A stretch of DNA of 64,000 nt from Bdellovibrionota bacterium FG-1 (lineage in GTDB: Bacteria > Bdellovibrionota > UBA1018), in contig JBBCAW010000041.1 of assembly GCA_051382295.1 (NCBI GenBank), positions 1 to 64,000 of the forward strand, read 5' to 3'. This document shows, one piece after another, positions 9,576-19,380 of this stretch (the stretch's first letter is position 1; the number at the start of each line of letters is the position of its first letter). Below the pieces are notes generated by a model that saw only the letters and a list, made by a program, of their open reading frames with translations, was not told where the DNA came from and did no database searches. A program made the translations under genes and the position numbers.

Positions 9576-10400
9576 CTAGTATCCCAGGATTGAAATGAGG
9601 GTAACGACGGCCGAAGCCCCTATGCAATAATAGCCAAAAAAGCGCCATTTTCCACTTTCGAGCCAGGCCGATAGCCATTTGAGCGCTAAAAGACCTGCCG
9701 CAAACGAAAAGGCCATTCCTATAAAGCCGGGGGTCAGGGTCGTAGGAGTAAGTGTGCCGGTGAGTTTTTTGAGACGATGGAGCTCGAGCAGCACGACAGG
9801 AGGGGTGAGGACCACGGCAAGCGCGAAGCTGAAGTCTTCTGCCAAGGTTCGTTCGACCCCCGAGAGGAGTGCTGCTGAGATGGTTGCCCCCGAACGCGAA
9901 AAGCCGCGAAAAGGCAGGCAAAGACCTTGAACGAGGCCAATAAGTATTGAATTTTTCTGTGAGATCTCTCGCGTTTTTGCGACTTGTTCGTGTTTTCCGG
10001 CGTAAATGATCAACAGCCCTACGCCGAAAAGCGCCGCTGCCACGAGCGGAAGGATGCGAAATAGGGATTCGATCTCAGCCCCATCGAAAAGGATCACGGC
10101 GAGGATTTTTTCGATGGCTTTCTTAAGTCCCAACCCCACCACGCCGGTGCAAAGCGTGGCCAAGGCAATGCGCTTGACGAACGAAAAGGAAAGTACTTTA
10201 CGCCATCTGGGTGCAAAGTAGGCCAGTACGGCAAACATGGTGCCGGTATGAAGCATGACCAGAAAAAAGGTCATTTCCGGAGATGAAGGATCAAGGCCCA
10301 TCAGCTTTTCGGCGACAATGACGTGTGCGGAACTGGAGACTGGAAGAAGTTCGGCCGCACCTTGAATGACGGCAAGGATGATAATCTGGATGAGGGTCAA
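9576..10400 (-). CDS. uppP: Undecaprenyl-diphosphate phosphatase
   Basis: QGAAELLPVSSSAH and GFSRSGATIS BacA motifs. Confidence 0.95.
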   Translation of the reverse strand: MTLIQIIILAVIQGAAELLPVSSSAHVIVAEKLMGLDPSSPEMTFFLVMLHTGTMFAVLAYFAPRWRKVLSFSFVKRIALATLCTGVVGLGLKKAIEKILAVILFDGAEIESLFRILPLVAAALFGVGLLIIYAGKHEQVAKTREISQKNSILIGLVQGLCLPFRGFSRSGATISAALLSGVERTLAEDFSFALAVVLTPPVVLLELHRLKKLTGTLTPTTLTPGFIGMAFSFAAGLLALKWLSAWLESGKWRFFGYYCIGASAVVTLISILGY

Positions 10401-10559
10401 AGGGGTATGCTCCTTGCTGGGATCATAGACTTTTAAAAAAAAAATTCGAGCGAAATAAGTGTTTTAAGTTATGAAATCATTGATTTTTTTAGGTATGGAT
10501 TTGTCCCACTCGATCAGCATAAGCTTGACCCTGACTCAACGAGGTTCATAGGAGGTTTC

Positions 10560-11471
10560 ATGGCTTGGTTTAAACGTATCTTTTTGTTCATGGCGGTCAA
10601 TCTTCTGGTGGTCTTGACGATCTCAGTCATTCTCAATGTTCTCGGAGTCCGTCCTTATTTGAACTACTATGGGATCGATTATTCCTCTCTCATGGTTTAC
10701 TGCCTGATTTGGGGGATGGTCGGCTCCTTCATTTCTTTGGCGCTCTCTCGCGTGATGGCCAAATGGATGATGGGAGTGCAGGTTATTGATCCCTTAGTTC
10801 GAGATAACGATCTTCAGAGATTGGTTCAAACCGTTCATCATTTGGCGCGAGCGGCGGGACTTCCTGCTATGCCTCAGGTGGGTATTTATCAATCGCCCGA
10901 GGTCAATGCGTTTGCGACCGGACCTACCAAGTCCAGAGCTCTGGTAGCGGTCTCCAGTGGGTTACTCAGTCGGATGAGCCAAAACGAGATGGAAGGCGTG
11001 CTGGGGCACGAAATTTCTCACGTGGCCAACGGCGATATGGTGACGATGACCTTGCTCCAAGGCGTGGTGAACGCTTTTGTCATGTTCCTTTCCCGCGCTT
11101 TAGCCTTTCTGATCATGCAAGCCTTGCGGGGTGATCGTGAAGAACGAGAACGAGGAGGGATGTCCTCCGGCCTCTATTTCGTTGTTCAGTTTGCACTTGA
11201 GATTCTCTTTATGATCTTGGGTTCCATGGTAGTGGCGGCCTTTTCTCGTTGGCGCGAATTTCGAGCTGATGCGGGCGGCGCACGTTTAGCCGGGCGGGAA
11301 AATATGATTCGGGCGCTCGAAAAGTTGCGTCAAACTTACGAACTCGTGGATACAGGGGCTCAACCCGCCGTTCAGAGTCTGAAGATCGCGGGCAAAGGAA
11401 CCGGCCTGATGCGGTTTTTTGCATCGCATCCGCCGCTCGAACAGCGAATTGAACGACTGCAATCACTTTAG
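10560..11471 (+). CDS. htpX: Membrane zinc metalloprotease HtpX (M48)
   Basis: NAFATG, HEISH, FSRWREFRAD, SHPPLEQRI; AGGAGG RBS. Confidence 0.97.
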   Translation: MAWFKRIFLFMAVNLLVVLTISVILNVLGVRPYLNYYGIDYSSLMVYCLIWGMVGSFISLALSRVMAKWMMGVQVIDPLVRDNDLQRLVQTVHHLARAAGLPAMPQVGIYQSPEVNAFATGPTKSRALVAVSSGLLSRMSQNEMEGVLGHEISHVANGDMVTMTLLQGVVNAFVMFLSRALAFLIMQALRGDREERERGGMSSGLYFVVQFALEILFMILGSMVVAAFSRWREFRADAGGARLAGRENMIRALEKLRQTYELVDTGAQPAVQSLKIAGKGTGLMRFFASHPPLEQRIERLQSL

Positions 11472-11824
11472 AGGTACGAGGCGTGGGGCTTTTCTTCTCC
11501 TCGTAATTTCGCCATGGCGGCCTTTAGCTGTCGTTCCATGGCTAGAAAAGAGTCGCGGATCGCCACATAGATGTCTTCGTGGGCGTGGAAGTTGGTTCTA
11601 TCTTGTTGACCCACGGCAAGTTCCATCCCAGGCAGGGTGAGGTCAATGGTGACATTGTACAGCCGGCCTTGATGGTGATGTCGATGAGGCTCATGAATGG
11701 TCACTCGACAGGATATGATGCGATTCGAAAACCGGGCAAGTTTATCCACCCGATGTCGAACAGCGGTGGCTACGGCATCTGAATGGGGGAAGTCTTTGAA
11801 TGTGATGATCAGTGGGAGTTCCAT
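11468..11824 (-). CDS. HPF/RaiA-family ribosome-associated protein
   Basis: ITFKDFPHSDA…CRVTI…HEDIYVAIRDSF, S30AE-like. Confidence 0.85.
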   Translation of the reverse strand: MELPLIITFKDFPHSDAVATAVRHRVDKLARFSNRIISCRVTIHEPHRHHHQGRLYNVTIDLTLPGMELAVGQQDRTNFHAHEDIYVAIRDSFLAMERQLKAAMAKLRGEEKPHASYL

Positions 11825-11863
11825 ACCTCCACTAGACGCAACTCACATGCCAAAAAGGAGAGC

Positions 11864-13237
11864 TTACTTGCAGACCCCTGAGCGGCCTTGAATGATATCC
11901 CGATATACGAGAGCACTCGGGCGCAGGGTTCTCTTTTGAGTGGCTCGGTCAACCGACGCGAGTCCGAACTGAGGAGCCCAACCGAGGGACCACTCAAAAT
12001 TATCAATCAAACTCCAATGAATATAACTTCGGATATCCACACCCTCCGCCAAAGCCCTCGCGACTTGTTCGAGATGATCGCAAATAAAACGACCTCGAAG
12101 ACGGTCCTGAGCATCCGCAACGCCATTTTCGGTAATATACAGGGGGAGTCCATATTTGTAGGCGGATTTAAGGACCCGATAGAGCCCTTCAGGATAAATT
12201 TCCCAGCCTACCTCCGAGAGTGGTGCTCCCGCTTTGAGTTTGATTGAAAACCTTTGGGGAGATTGCGAATCAAAGGCAATGAGGTCGCGTGAGTAATAGT
12301 TGACTCCAATGAAATCAAGAGAGCCTGCCAACTCGGGCGAGTAGGGTTCGGAGTAATGAAAAACAAAAGGGATTCCAAAGTCGATGAGACCCGTTTCCAT
12401 AGCTCTGATAAACTGGTGATTCCAAAAATCATCGATCCAATAGGCGGCGAGTTGATCCAGTGGATGCCAAGAACGATAGGGATCAAAAACCCGCATATGG
12501 TGCGCAAATCCAACGAGGGCCTGGGGTTGATAGCGCTGAATGATTCGATAAGCTTTGGCATGCGCTTTAACGAAGTTGGCTAAAACAAAGGGGGCCTTCT
12601 GGATATCCTGCAGTCCTGGGGGGCTAACCCCTGCGACATAGCCGGTCAAGGCGTTGACTGTCGGTTCATTGAGTGTATTCCAATAGTCGACCTGGTCGCC
12701 GAGTCCTTGAACGACCTTTTCAGTAAATCGCCCAAAGAGTTCCGGAATTTCAGGGTCAAGCCAACCACTTTTTTCCGGAGTATTGCGATGAGTGAGCCAA
12801 AGAGGCAACGTAAAGTGATGCAAAGTCAGCATGGTTTTCATCCCACGCGCATGGGCAGCTTGAAGAACTTCGCGGTAATGCTGGATTTCTTCTAGTGAAA
12901 ACACCCCCGGGGAGGGTTCAATGCGAGACCATTCAATTGAAAATCGGTAAAGATTGATTCCTAAACTCTGAGCTAAATCAAGGTCTTGGCGAAAACGGTG
13001 GTAATGATCGGCGGCTTCTCCTGATTGATCACAGTGAGCAACGTGGCAGTTTTGCTCCCACTCCCACCAGTCGTTCTTTGAGTTCTGACCTTCGACCTGG
13101 TGAGCCGAAGTCGAAACCCCCCATAGAAATTTGCTAGGAAACTGCCAGTCAGTATTGAGTTCACGCCCTAGGGTGGGGGAACTAGGCGTGCTCAGAAGGA
13201 GCAAAACAAGAGCAATCCATTTTTTGAGGATGTACAT
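11864..13237 (-). CDS. Glycoside hydrolase family 1, with signal peptide
   Basis: FLWGVSTSAHQVEG, YRFSIEWSRI, TLNEP (acid/base), YITENG (nucleophile), DNFEW. Likely start at ATG 13237. Confidence 0.93.
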   Translation of the reverse strand: MYILKKWIALVLLLLSTPSSPTLGRELNTDWQFPSKFLWGVSTSAHQVEGQNSKNDWWEWEQNCHVAHCDQSGEAADHYHRFRQDLDLAQSLGINLYRFSIEWSRIEPSPGVFSLEEIQHYREVLQAAHARGMKTMLTLHHFTLPLWLTHRNTPEKSGWLDPEIPELFGRFTEKVVQGLGDQVDYWNTLNEPTVNALTGYVAGVSPPGLQDIQKAPFVLANFVKAHAKAYRIIQRYQPQALVGFAHHMRVFDPYRSWHPLDQLAAYWIDDFWNHQFIRAMETGLIDFGIPFVFHYSEPYSPELAGSLDFIGVNYYSRDLIAFDSQSPQRFSIKLKAGAPLSEVGWEIYPEGLYRVLKSAYKYGLPLYITENGVADAQDRLRGRFICDHLEQVARALAEGVDIRSYIHWSLIDNFEWSLGWAPQFGLASVDRATQKRTLRPSALVYRDIIQGRSGVCK

Positions 13238-13344
13238 CAACTTGACCTCGAGGTTTGAGTTTTTGCTCGCCCGGGCCATAAAAGTCAAGTTGGCAATCAT
13301 TGGTATTCAAGGGGGAGGGTATGATAACCTGAACAAAGAGTCTT

Positions 13345-14775
13345 ATGAATACCGACTTTACACATGCCAAGCATACCTTAGTGGTGAGTGACATTCATCT
13401 GGCCGATGCGGAGCCGCCGCATCCACGGCATCCTTTATGGAAACGCTTTAAACGCAAAGAACATTTTATTGATGAGGCATTCAAAAAATTTTTAGAACGG
13501 ATGCAATCCCAGATTGAAGGGCGCATCGAACTGGTACTCAACGGCGATATTTTTGATTTTGATTCGATCATGGCTTTGCCTAATGATCCGGACATGAAGA
13601 TCAGCTGGCTCGAACGTAAACGTGGGCTTGCGGCCGAAGAAGCTAAAAGTCGATTTAAAATGAGCCTGATTGTGAATGATCATCCGGTTTGGATCGAGGG
13701 CATTCGTCATTTCATTCTGAAGGGTCATCGCGTGGTTTTCGTGATCGGAAATCACGATATGGAGTTGCAGTGGACTTCAGTCCGAACCTTATTGATTGAG
13801 CGTTTGGATCTTCCTGAGGTGTTTAAGGATCATGTCCGTTTTTGTGAATGGTTCTATATCAGTAATGCTGACACGCTTATCGAGCATGGCCATCAATATG
13901 ATGCTTACTGTCTTTCGGCTAACCCCATTAATCCTCTCATCAAAAAGGGGCGTCACGTCAGTGTCCGGATTCCCTTCGGAAACTTGGCGGGAAAGTACAT
14001 GCTGAACGGCATGGGGCTCTTTAATCCTCATGCAGATTCAAGTTTCATTAAGAGCTCGATCAGAGATTATATTGTTTTTTATTATAAATATTTATTAAAA
14101 ACTCAACCCATTTTGCTTTGGACCTGGTTTTGGGGCGCTATGGTGACTTTGGTTTATTCGCTGAGCGAAGGATTTTTGCCGGCGATGACCGATCCGATGA
14201 CCATCAGCGCGCGGGTAGAGGACATCGCAAGGCGGGCCAATGCTACACCGTCGATGGTGTGGTCGTTGAAAGAACTCCATGTTCATCCTGCGATTTTCGA
14301 TCCAGTCAAAATTTTACGTGAACTTTGGTTGGATCGAGCGATTTTGTTAGGGTCAGTGTTTTTTGTGAGTTTTAGTTTTTTCACCTATCTTCATGTGTTT
14401 GTTGCGGTATCGCTTTGGTGGTTTTTTATTCCGGTGGTGTTGTTGCTTCCGGGGTTTTTGTTTTACGCCAATTCCGTCCAGTCGGATGTCGAAAAGACAC
14501 AGCTTTCAGCCTTTTTACATGCGCCACAAGCAGCACAGATTGCTCGCGTAGCGCGGGTGTGTCAGGGGCATATTCATCGCGAAAAGCATGTCAGGATCGA
14601 CGAAATTGAGTATCTGAACACCGGAACTTGGTCACCTGCTTATCGTGATGTTGAATGCACGCAGCCTTATGGTCGCAAGTGTTTTGCGTGGATTAAGCCG
14701 GGGCAGGGTGAAGATCGGATAGCCGAATTATACGAATGGACCGCGGAAGGTCCAGTGCTCATCCCTCAATTATAA
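13345..14775 (+). CDS. Calcineurin-like metallophosphoesterase with TM segments
   Basis: SDIHL, LNGDIFD, GNHD, EHGH, GHIH, YLNTGTW. Confidence 0.9.
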   Translation: MNTDFTHAKHTLVVSDIHLADAEPPHPRHPLWKRFKRKEHFIDEAFKKFLERMQSQIEGRIELVLNGDIFDFDSIMALPNDPDMKISWLERKRGLAAEEAKSRFKMSLIVNDHPVWIEGIRHFILKGHRVVFVIGNHDMELQWTSVRTLLIERLDLPEVFKDHVRFCEWFYISNADTLIEHGHQYDAYCLSANPINPLIKKGRHVSVRIPFGNLAGKYMLNGMGLFNPHADSSFIKSSIRDYIVFYYKYLLKTQPILLWTWFWGAMVTLVYSLSEGFLPAMTDPMTISARVEDIARRANATPSMVWSLKELHVHPAIFDPVKILRELWLDRAILLGSVFFVSFSFFTYLHVFVAVSLWWFFIPVVLLLPGFLFYANSVQSDVEKTQLSAFLHAPQAAQIARVARVCQGHIHREKHVRIDEIEYLNTGTWSPAYRDVECTQPYGRKCFAWIKPGQGEDRIAELYEWTAEGPVLIPQL

Positions 14776-15065
14776 CGTTGTACGACCCAAAACGCTAAAT
14801 AGTCAGGGTTAATCACTACTTGGCCCGTTGATTTGAGTTGATATTGGCCTGGATTGGCTTTTTCAAGATCCTCGATAAACGGCGGAAGAGCATAGGTTTC
14901 TTCAGATCCTTGAAGTCGTACGATAATGCCTTCTTTGTCGCTGGCGCTAACAATGGTTCCAAAAAGCTGTTTTCGTTCAGGGTGAACAGTAGGGGCTGGA
15001 TCAAATGTGAGACAAATGAGTACTGTTTTACCGATGATCAAGTGGGCGGCCTGGTCGTTCATCAT
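14766..15065 (-). CDS. Small conserved-looking hypothetical protein
   Basis: IGKTVLI…G.YQLKSTGQVVINPDY; RBS-like GAGGA upstream. Confidence 0.7.
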   Translation of the reverse strand: MMNDQAAHLIIGKTVLICLTFDPAPTVHPERKQLFGTIVSASDKEGIIVRLQGSEETYALPPFIEDLEKANPGQYQLKSTGQVVINPDYLAFWVVQRYN

Positions 15066-15183
15066 AGACGGTAATTCCTCACTTTCTGCAAGAGCGTTGC
15101 GATTCTATTAAAGCCGGATTGCTTCGATTGAGCAAGTAATCTTCTGTGTTGGCTTCATGGGGCTATTGCCCTACTGTAGATTG

Positions 15184-15798
15184 ATGGTTATTACACGTCT
15201 GAAAAATATTCTATTAGGTGTCTTTTTTGCTGCTTTTTTTGCTGTTCCGGCCTCTGCGGCCGACTACACTGTTGACGCTTCGCACTCCAGCGTGGGGTTT
15301 TCTGTTCGCCATTTGGTGAGTAAGGTCAAGGGTGGCTTTTCTGATTTTGATGGAACGTTTAAGTTCGACGCCAAGAACCCCAAAGCCGTTGAAGGCAAGT
15401 TTGTGGTCAAGATCGCAAGCCTTTCTACCAACAATCAAAAGCGCGATGAGCATCTCAAAGGCCCGGATTTTTTTGACGCTGCCAAGTTCCCAGAAATGAC
15501 CTTGGCTAACCTCAAGTTGGTTCAGGCGGGTGGCAAAGACAAATTTAAGATGACGGGAGATTTAACGCTCCATGGCGTAACTAAGCCTGTGATGTTCGCT
15601 CTTGAATTTAACGGAACCTCGCCGGACCCCTGGGGCAATACTCGAGCAGGATTTTCAGCAACGGGTCAGATCAATCGGGATGATTTTGGTATTTCATGGA
15701 ACAAGGCGCTTGACGCCGGTGGTCTGATGTTAGGTAAGGATGTGACGATCGATTTACAGGTGGAAGCGATCGAAGCAAAGCCCGCCGCTAAAAAGTAA
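15184..15798 (+). CDS. YceI-family periplasmic protein
   Basis: Signal peptide; HSSVGFSVRHL, RDEHLKGPDFFD, GDLTLHGVTK, DPWGNTRAGF. Confidence 0.93.
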   Translation: MVITRLKNILLGVFFAAFFAVPASAADYTVDASHSSVGFSVRHLVSKVKGGFSDFDGTFKFDAKNPKAVEGKFVVKIASLSTNNQKRDEHLKGPDFFDAAKFPEMTLANLKLVQAGGKDKFKMTGDLTLHGVTKPVMFALEFNGTSPDPWGNTRAGFSATGQINRDDFGISWNKALDAGGLMLGKDVTIDLQVEAIEAKPAAKK

Positions 15799-16975
15799 GG
15801 TGCGTTAAGATCTCGACCGCCTGACTGATTTCTGCTTCGGTATTGTAGATATGGGGCGAAAAACGCAAAATCCAGCGATTTTGAAGAAAGGGCGATGAGA
15901 CTTGAAGCCCATGCTCGCGGTAAAGCGTGTGCATGAGGGCAGCTCCTTGAGCTTCGAGGGTGGGTGGAAGATCGTACGAGAGTAGCGGCCCTCGCAATAC
16001 GCCCGAAGAGGGTGAAACGAGCGGCCAGTTCAGCTGGCGGGACATTTGATTTTCGACCTCCGACTGAAGCTCCGCGATTCGCTGGCGAATGTTCAACAAC
16101 CCCTTTTGCTCCCAATAATCAAACGTCGCCGAAAGCGCCATATAGGGCGCAAAGTCGATACAGGCTGAGTGCAGCATACGTTGTGCAAACCGATGCCCCG
16201 GAGCAAAACAGTCATAGGGGAATTTAGCCTCGAAACTCGTCCATCCTGCTTGGAGGACTACGAGCGATTCCTGATGCCGGGGGTGTACCCAGCCAAAGGC
16301 GGTTCCTTTGGTGCCTAGCGTCCATTTATGAAGGTTACCCCCATAAAAATCGAGGTCTTCTAATTGCTTGAGATTGAGGGGGACGGCGCCTACGCCATGA
16401 GCTCCGTCGATTGCCAAGAGGACTCCGCGCGCCCGGGTTTGAGATGCGAGCTTCTGGAGAGGAAGTGTCAGGCCGTGTCCCGTCATCACATGGCTGAGAA
16501 CGAGAAGTCGCGTTTTAGGACCTATCGCCTGAACGATTTGATCGCAGAGCTGCTCCTCGGTGAGGTTTTGCATTTCTTCAGCTCGCCCGGGGAGATGAAA
16601 AGATCGAACGGATAAGTCATCTCGCTGAGCGCGAAGATAGCAAATATTGGCAATGGCACCATATTCGGTGTCAGAAATTAAAATTTCCGCCCCCGCCTCA
16701 AGTGGAACCCCCAGTATCCAGTCGTTCATCGTGGTAGTCACATTGGGGCGTAAAAACAGGTCTTGAGGATCGGCACCCACAAACTTCGCCAAGCGACTCT
16801 GAATTTGCCAGAGCGCCGCGAATGCCCCAATGAGACCAGCGGTGGGGTTTTTTTCATAGGACTGGATATAAGAAATTTGGGCTTGAATCACCGATCGCGG
16901 GCAGATCGACTGCGTTCCAGAATTTAAATAGATGAGATGAGGATCAAGATCAAAGTCAGCGCGAAAAGAGGTCAT
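15788..16975 (-). CDS. Class V PLP-dependent enzyme (isopenicillin-N-epimerase/Cys desulfhydrase-like)
   Basis: YLNSGT, IDGAHG, GNLHKW, RFSPHIYNT. Start at ATG 16975, because the longer ORF overlaps the upstream gene. Confidence 0.88.
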   Translation of the reverse strand: MTSFRADFDLDPHLIYLNSGTQSICPRSVIQAQISYIQSYEKNPTAGLIGAFAALWQIQSRLAKFVGADPQDLFLRPNVTTTMNDWILGVPLEAGAEILISDTEYGAIANICYLRAQRDDLSVRSFHLPGRAEEMQNLTEEQLCDQIVQAIGPKTRLLVLSHVMTGHGLTLPLQKLASQTRARGVLLAIDGAHGVGAVPLNLKQLEDLDFYGGNLHKWTLGTKGTAFGWVHPRHQESLVVLQAGWTSFEAKFPYDCFAPGHRFAQRMLHSACIDFAPYMALSATFDYWEQKGLLNIRQRIAELQSEVENQMSRQLNWPLVSPSSGVLRGPLLSYDLPPTLEAQGAALMHTLYREHGLQVSSPFLQNRWILRFSPHIYNTEAEISQAVEILTHLTF

Positions 16976-16992
16976 AGATCCCTTGAGTTTTG

Positions 16993-17295
16993 CTAGATTT
17001 GAATTTCTTGAATCAAGACGTAGGGCTGAACCACCAGTGTCCAAAACTTACGGAGAGGTTCTGCGGTCCAGGTCGCTAATTGCTCTTTTGTAGGTTTTGT
17101 GAGTAAGCCGGATTGCACCCACTGGCTCACGACCTCAGTGTGATCGCAGGCAATCTCGACACCCACGTCAAGGACTTGGAGAGCTGCAGCGACAATAATA
17201 ATAACGTCTCGTTCTGCATGGCGGCCAAGCCATACCCACGGAGCATGATCGAGCTCTTTTATTAAGCCTTCGCGAATGAGTTTAACGTCATGCAT
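16993..17295 (-). CDS. DUF2288-family protein
   Basis: W…HAERD…V…IA.D…V..W…L.KP…VVQPYVLIQ. Confidence 0.8.
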   Translation of the reverse strand: MHDVKLIREGLIKELDHAPWVWLGRHAERDVIIIVAAALQVLDVGVEIACDHTEVVSQWVQSGLLTKPTKEQLATWTAEPLRKFWTLVVQPYVLIQEIQI

Positions 17296-17299
17296 AAGA

Positions 17300-17734
17300 T
17301 CAGAAAATTGTGAGCGGTACTTCAGGGAGTTTGTCCAGTTCAATTCCGGCGGTGATGAGTAGTCCCACGATCGGATCGTTAAACGCTAAGACTGCCTGTT
17401 GAATCAAGACTTCTTGATCCTCGCGGGAGTCATATTGAAGGTAGACGTCATTGAGATCTCCGCCATCCGAATTTTCATTCTCTTTGACCACTAGGGTATA
17501 GGAATGCCCATCCAAACGAAATTCTGCGCGATCGCCTGATATGATCAAGTCAGCGCAGTGGCTTTCAATGGGCTGATAGCGTTTATGGCCCACTTGATTG
17601 AATGAAAATGGTTGTTGGGTGCACTCGACTGCTTTGATTGCAAGTTGACTCAACAGCCGGTCCGCATGGGCTGAAGAAGAGATGGCCAAAACAAGGATGA
17701 TAGGAAGCCGAAAAAATGAAGGAAAGTAAAACAT
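17300..17734 (-). CDS. Hypothetical secreted protein
   Basis: Signal peptide ending AHA-D; first gene of a tight three-gene minus-strand unit. Confidence 0.7.
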   Translation of the reverse strand: MFYFPSFFRLPIILVLAISSSAHADRLLSQLAIKAVECTQQPFSFNQVGHKRYQPIESHCADLIISGDRAEFRLDGHSYTLVVKENENSDGGDLNDVYLQYDSREDQEVLIQQAVLAFNDPIVGLLITAGIELDKLPEVPLTIF

Positions 17735-17760
17735 GGTCAGTGAATACTCTTAAGTCGTCC

Positions 17761-17807
17761 TTTCCAAAAGCGACACTTTAGACTAATACTATTCCAAAAT
17801 GGAAATT
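17761..17807. promoter_or_regulatory. Putative LysR operator
   Basis: TTCCAAAA repeated at 17762 and 17792; the second copy forms the dyad ATTCCAAAATGGAAAT over the LysR start codon. Confidence 0.5.
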
Positions 17808-18665
17808 CAAAATTTTAGACTCATTCAGCTTTTGGTGGCAGATTCTAATCTTTCACGGGCCGCCGAAAGGCTCCATCTTACACAATCGGCTCTTTCCAAA
17901 AGGGTCGCGGCTATTGAGCAAGAGATGGGGTTTTCTCTTTTTGAGCGAAGAGGTCCTCGTGGCCTGAGGGCCTTGCCGCAGGCGTTAGAGTTGGCTCGTC
18001 TGTCCGAACGTGTAGGCATGGCTTGGGAAACCGGCGTGCGTCGCATTCGACGATCGCAAACCGAGCCTGAACATTTTGTCTTGGTGGGACCCCAACTTTT
18101 TTTACGTGAAGTCGTACTTCCCTGGTGGGCTAAGAATGAAAAGACTTTTCCCACGCTTCAGCTTGAGGTTCAGGTGTCTTCGCTGGATCGGGTTTCGGTC
18201 GAAACGCTTGAAACCGGGGCAGATGCGGCAATTCTCGAAAACCGTGAAGAGTTGCCTGATCATATTTGTAAACCCATTTATACGGAACGCTGGGGAATTG
18301 TTCGCCATACCGACCTCAAAGAACCTGATATGAATCGGTACATTTGGGGTACGTATTCGACCCGTCGCAATCCGGTGGACATCTGGCTGGTTCAACGCCA
18401 GCGAATCGCTCCGCCCAAATACCGGTTTTATTGGCAGGATTTGACAGCTCTTGCGATTTGGGTTGCAGATACTCCTGGCGCCGCTTCAGTTCTGCCTTGG
18501 CATACGGTGGCTTGGCTTCATAAACGCAAGCGGATTACGTTTGAACCGCTGGGTGCCGAGGCGACAACTCGACTATTCTTAGCTTACCCCAAAGACACCG
18601 CTCACAAAAAACTTTTGAAAGCGATGACGGGAATGGCGGCGCTTGTGGACGAAAATGGCGAGTAA
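17799..18665 (+). CDS. LysR-family transcriptional regulator
   Basis: NLSRAAERLHLTQSALSKRVAAIEQEMGFSLFER. Confidence 0.93.
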   Translation: MEIQNFRLIQLLVADSNLSRAAERLHLTQSALSKRVAAIEQEMGFSLFERRGPRGLRALPQALELARLSERVGMAWETGVRRIRRSQTEPEHFVLVGPQLFLREVVLPWWAKNEKTFPTLQLEVQVSSLDRVSVETLETGADAAILENREELPDHICKPIYTERWGIVRHTDLKEPDMNRYIWGTYSTRRNPVDIWLVQRQRIAPPKYRFYWQDLTALAIWVADTPGAASVLPWHTVAWLHKRKRITFEPLGAEATTRLFLAYPKDTAHKKLLKAMTGMAALVDENGE

Positions 18666-19319
18666 TTACTTCAAGCGCTCCCGAATGGTTCGTAAAGTGC
18701 CTTCGTGTCCCTTTGCGACGTCGTTAGCTGAACGGCGCGTAGCGTCAATTTCTTCGTAGATCGCTAAATCGGTTTGAGTCGGGTTGACGGCGGTCAAGAC
18801 AATGCTGCCGCAAAAGCGTTTAATATGCTCAGTGCCTGCTACTTTTTGATACGAAAAAACGACTTTTTTAGGCGCGCTTAAAGTTCCTTCGGCAAGGGCA
18901 AACATCCATTCTTCGCGCCATTTGATTCGCACAAGCGGCATGGGATGCGCAACCACGTCTACGGTTTCAAAATCGATTAAGGCATCACGTGATAGATGCT
19001 CAATATGGAGGTCACAATCCTTAGGGTTTTTGAGGGTGGTCGGGTCTCTAAGTATTTCGAGGACTTTAGATAAGGGAGCCTTCACCTGCGCGCGGGCGGA
19101 GGCCCACACTCCACGGTCTGTGTGTTTGCCTGATTGGAGGGTATCCGGAAAGGATGTGGACCCTGACGGATAGGGTATAGGGGGTTGAAGTGGGCTTAGA
19201 ATCGGCTTACTGAAGTCAAAGCAAAGCTGAGTAGAGGAGCCAGCCCAGGCGGAAGATGACACTAAAGTCATGAAAAAAAAGACAAAAGTAGACTGAGCCG
19301 CTCGAAGATGAAAATTCAT
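18666..19319 (-). CDS. Secreted hypothetical protein, possible START/SRPBCC fold
   Basis: Signal peptide ending AWA-G; ARAQVKAPLSKV…YQKVAGTEHI…GSIVL pattern. Confidence 0.6.
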   Translation of the reverse strand: MNFHLRAAQSTFVFFFMTLVSSSAWAGSSTQLCFDFSKPILSPLQPPIPYPSGSTSFPDTLQSGKHTDRGVWASARAQVKAPLSKVLEILRDPTTLKNPKDCDLHIEHLSRDALIDFETVDVVAHPMPLVRIKWREEWMFALAEGTLSAPKKVVFSYQKVAGTEHIKRFCGSIVLTAVNPTQTDLAIYEEIDATRRSANDVAKGHEGTLRTIRERLK

Positions 19320-19380
19320 AAAATGAGAATAACGCAGGATGATGTAAAAGAAAGAGATTTTAGGGTAAAGGGTTGAGGAG

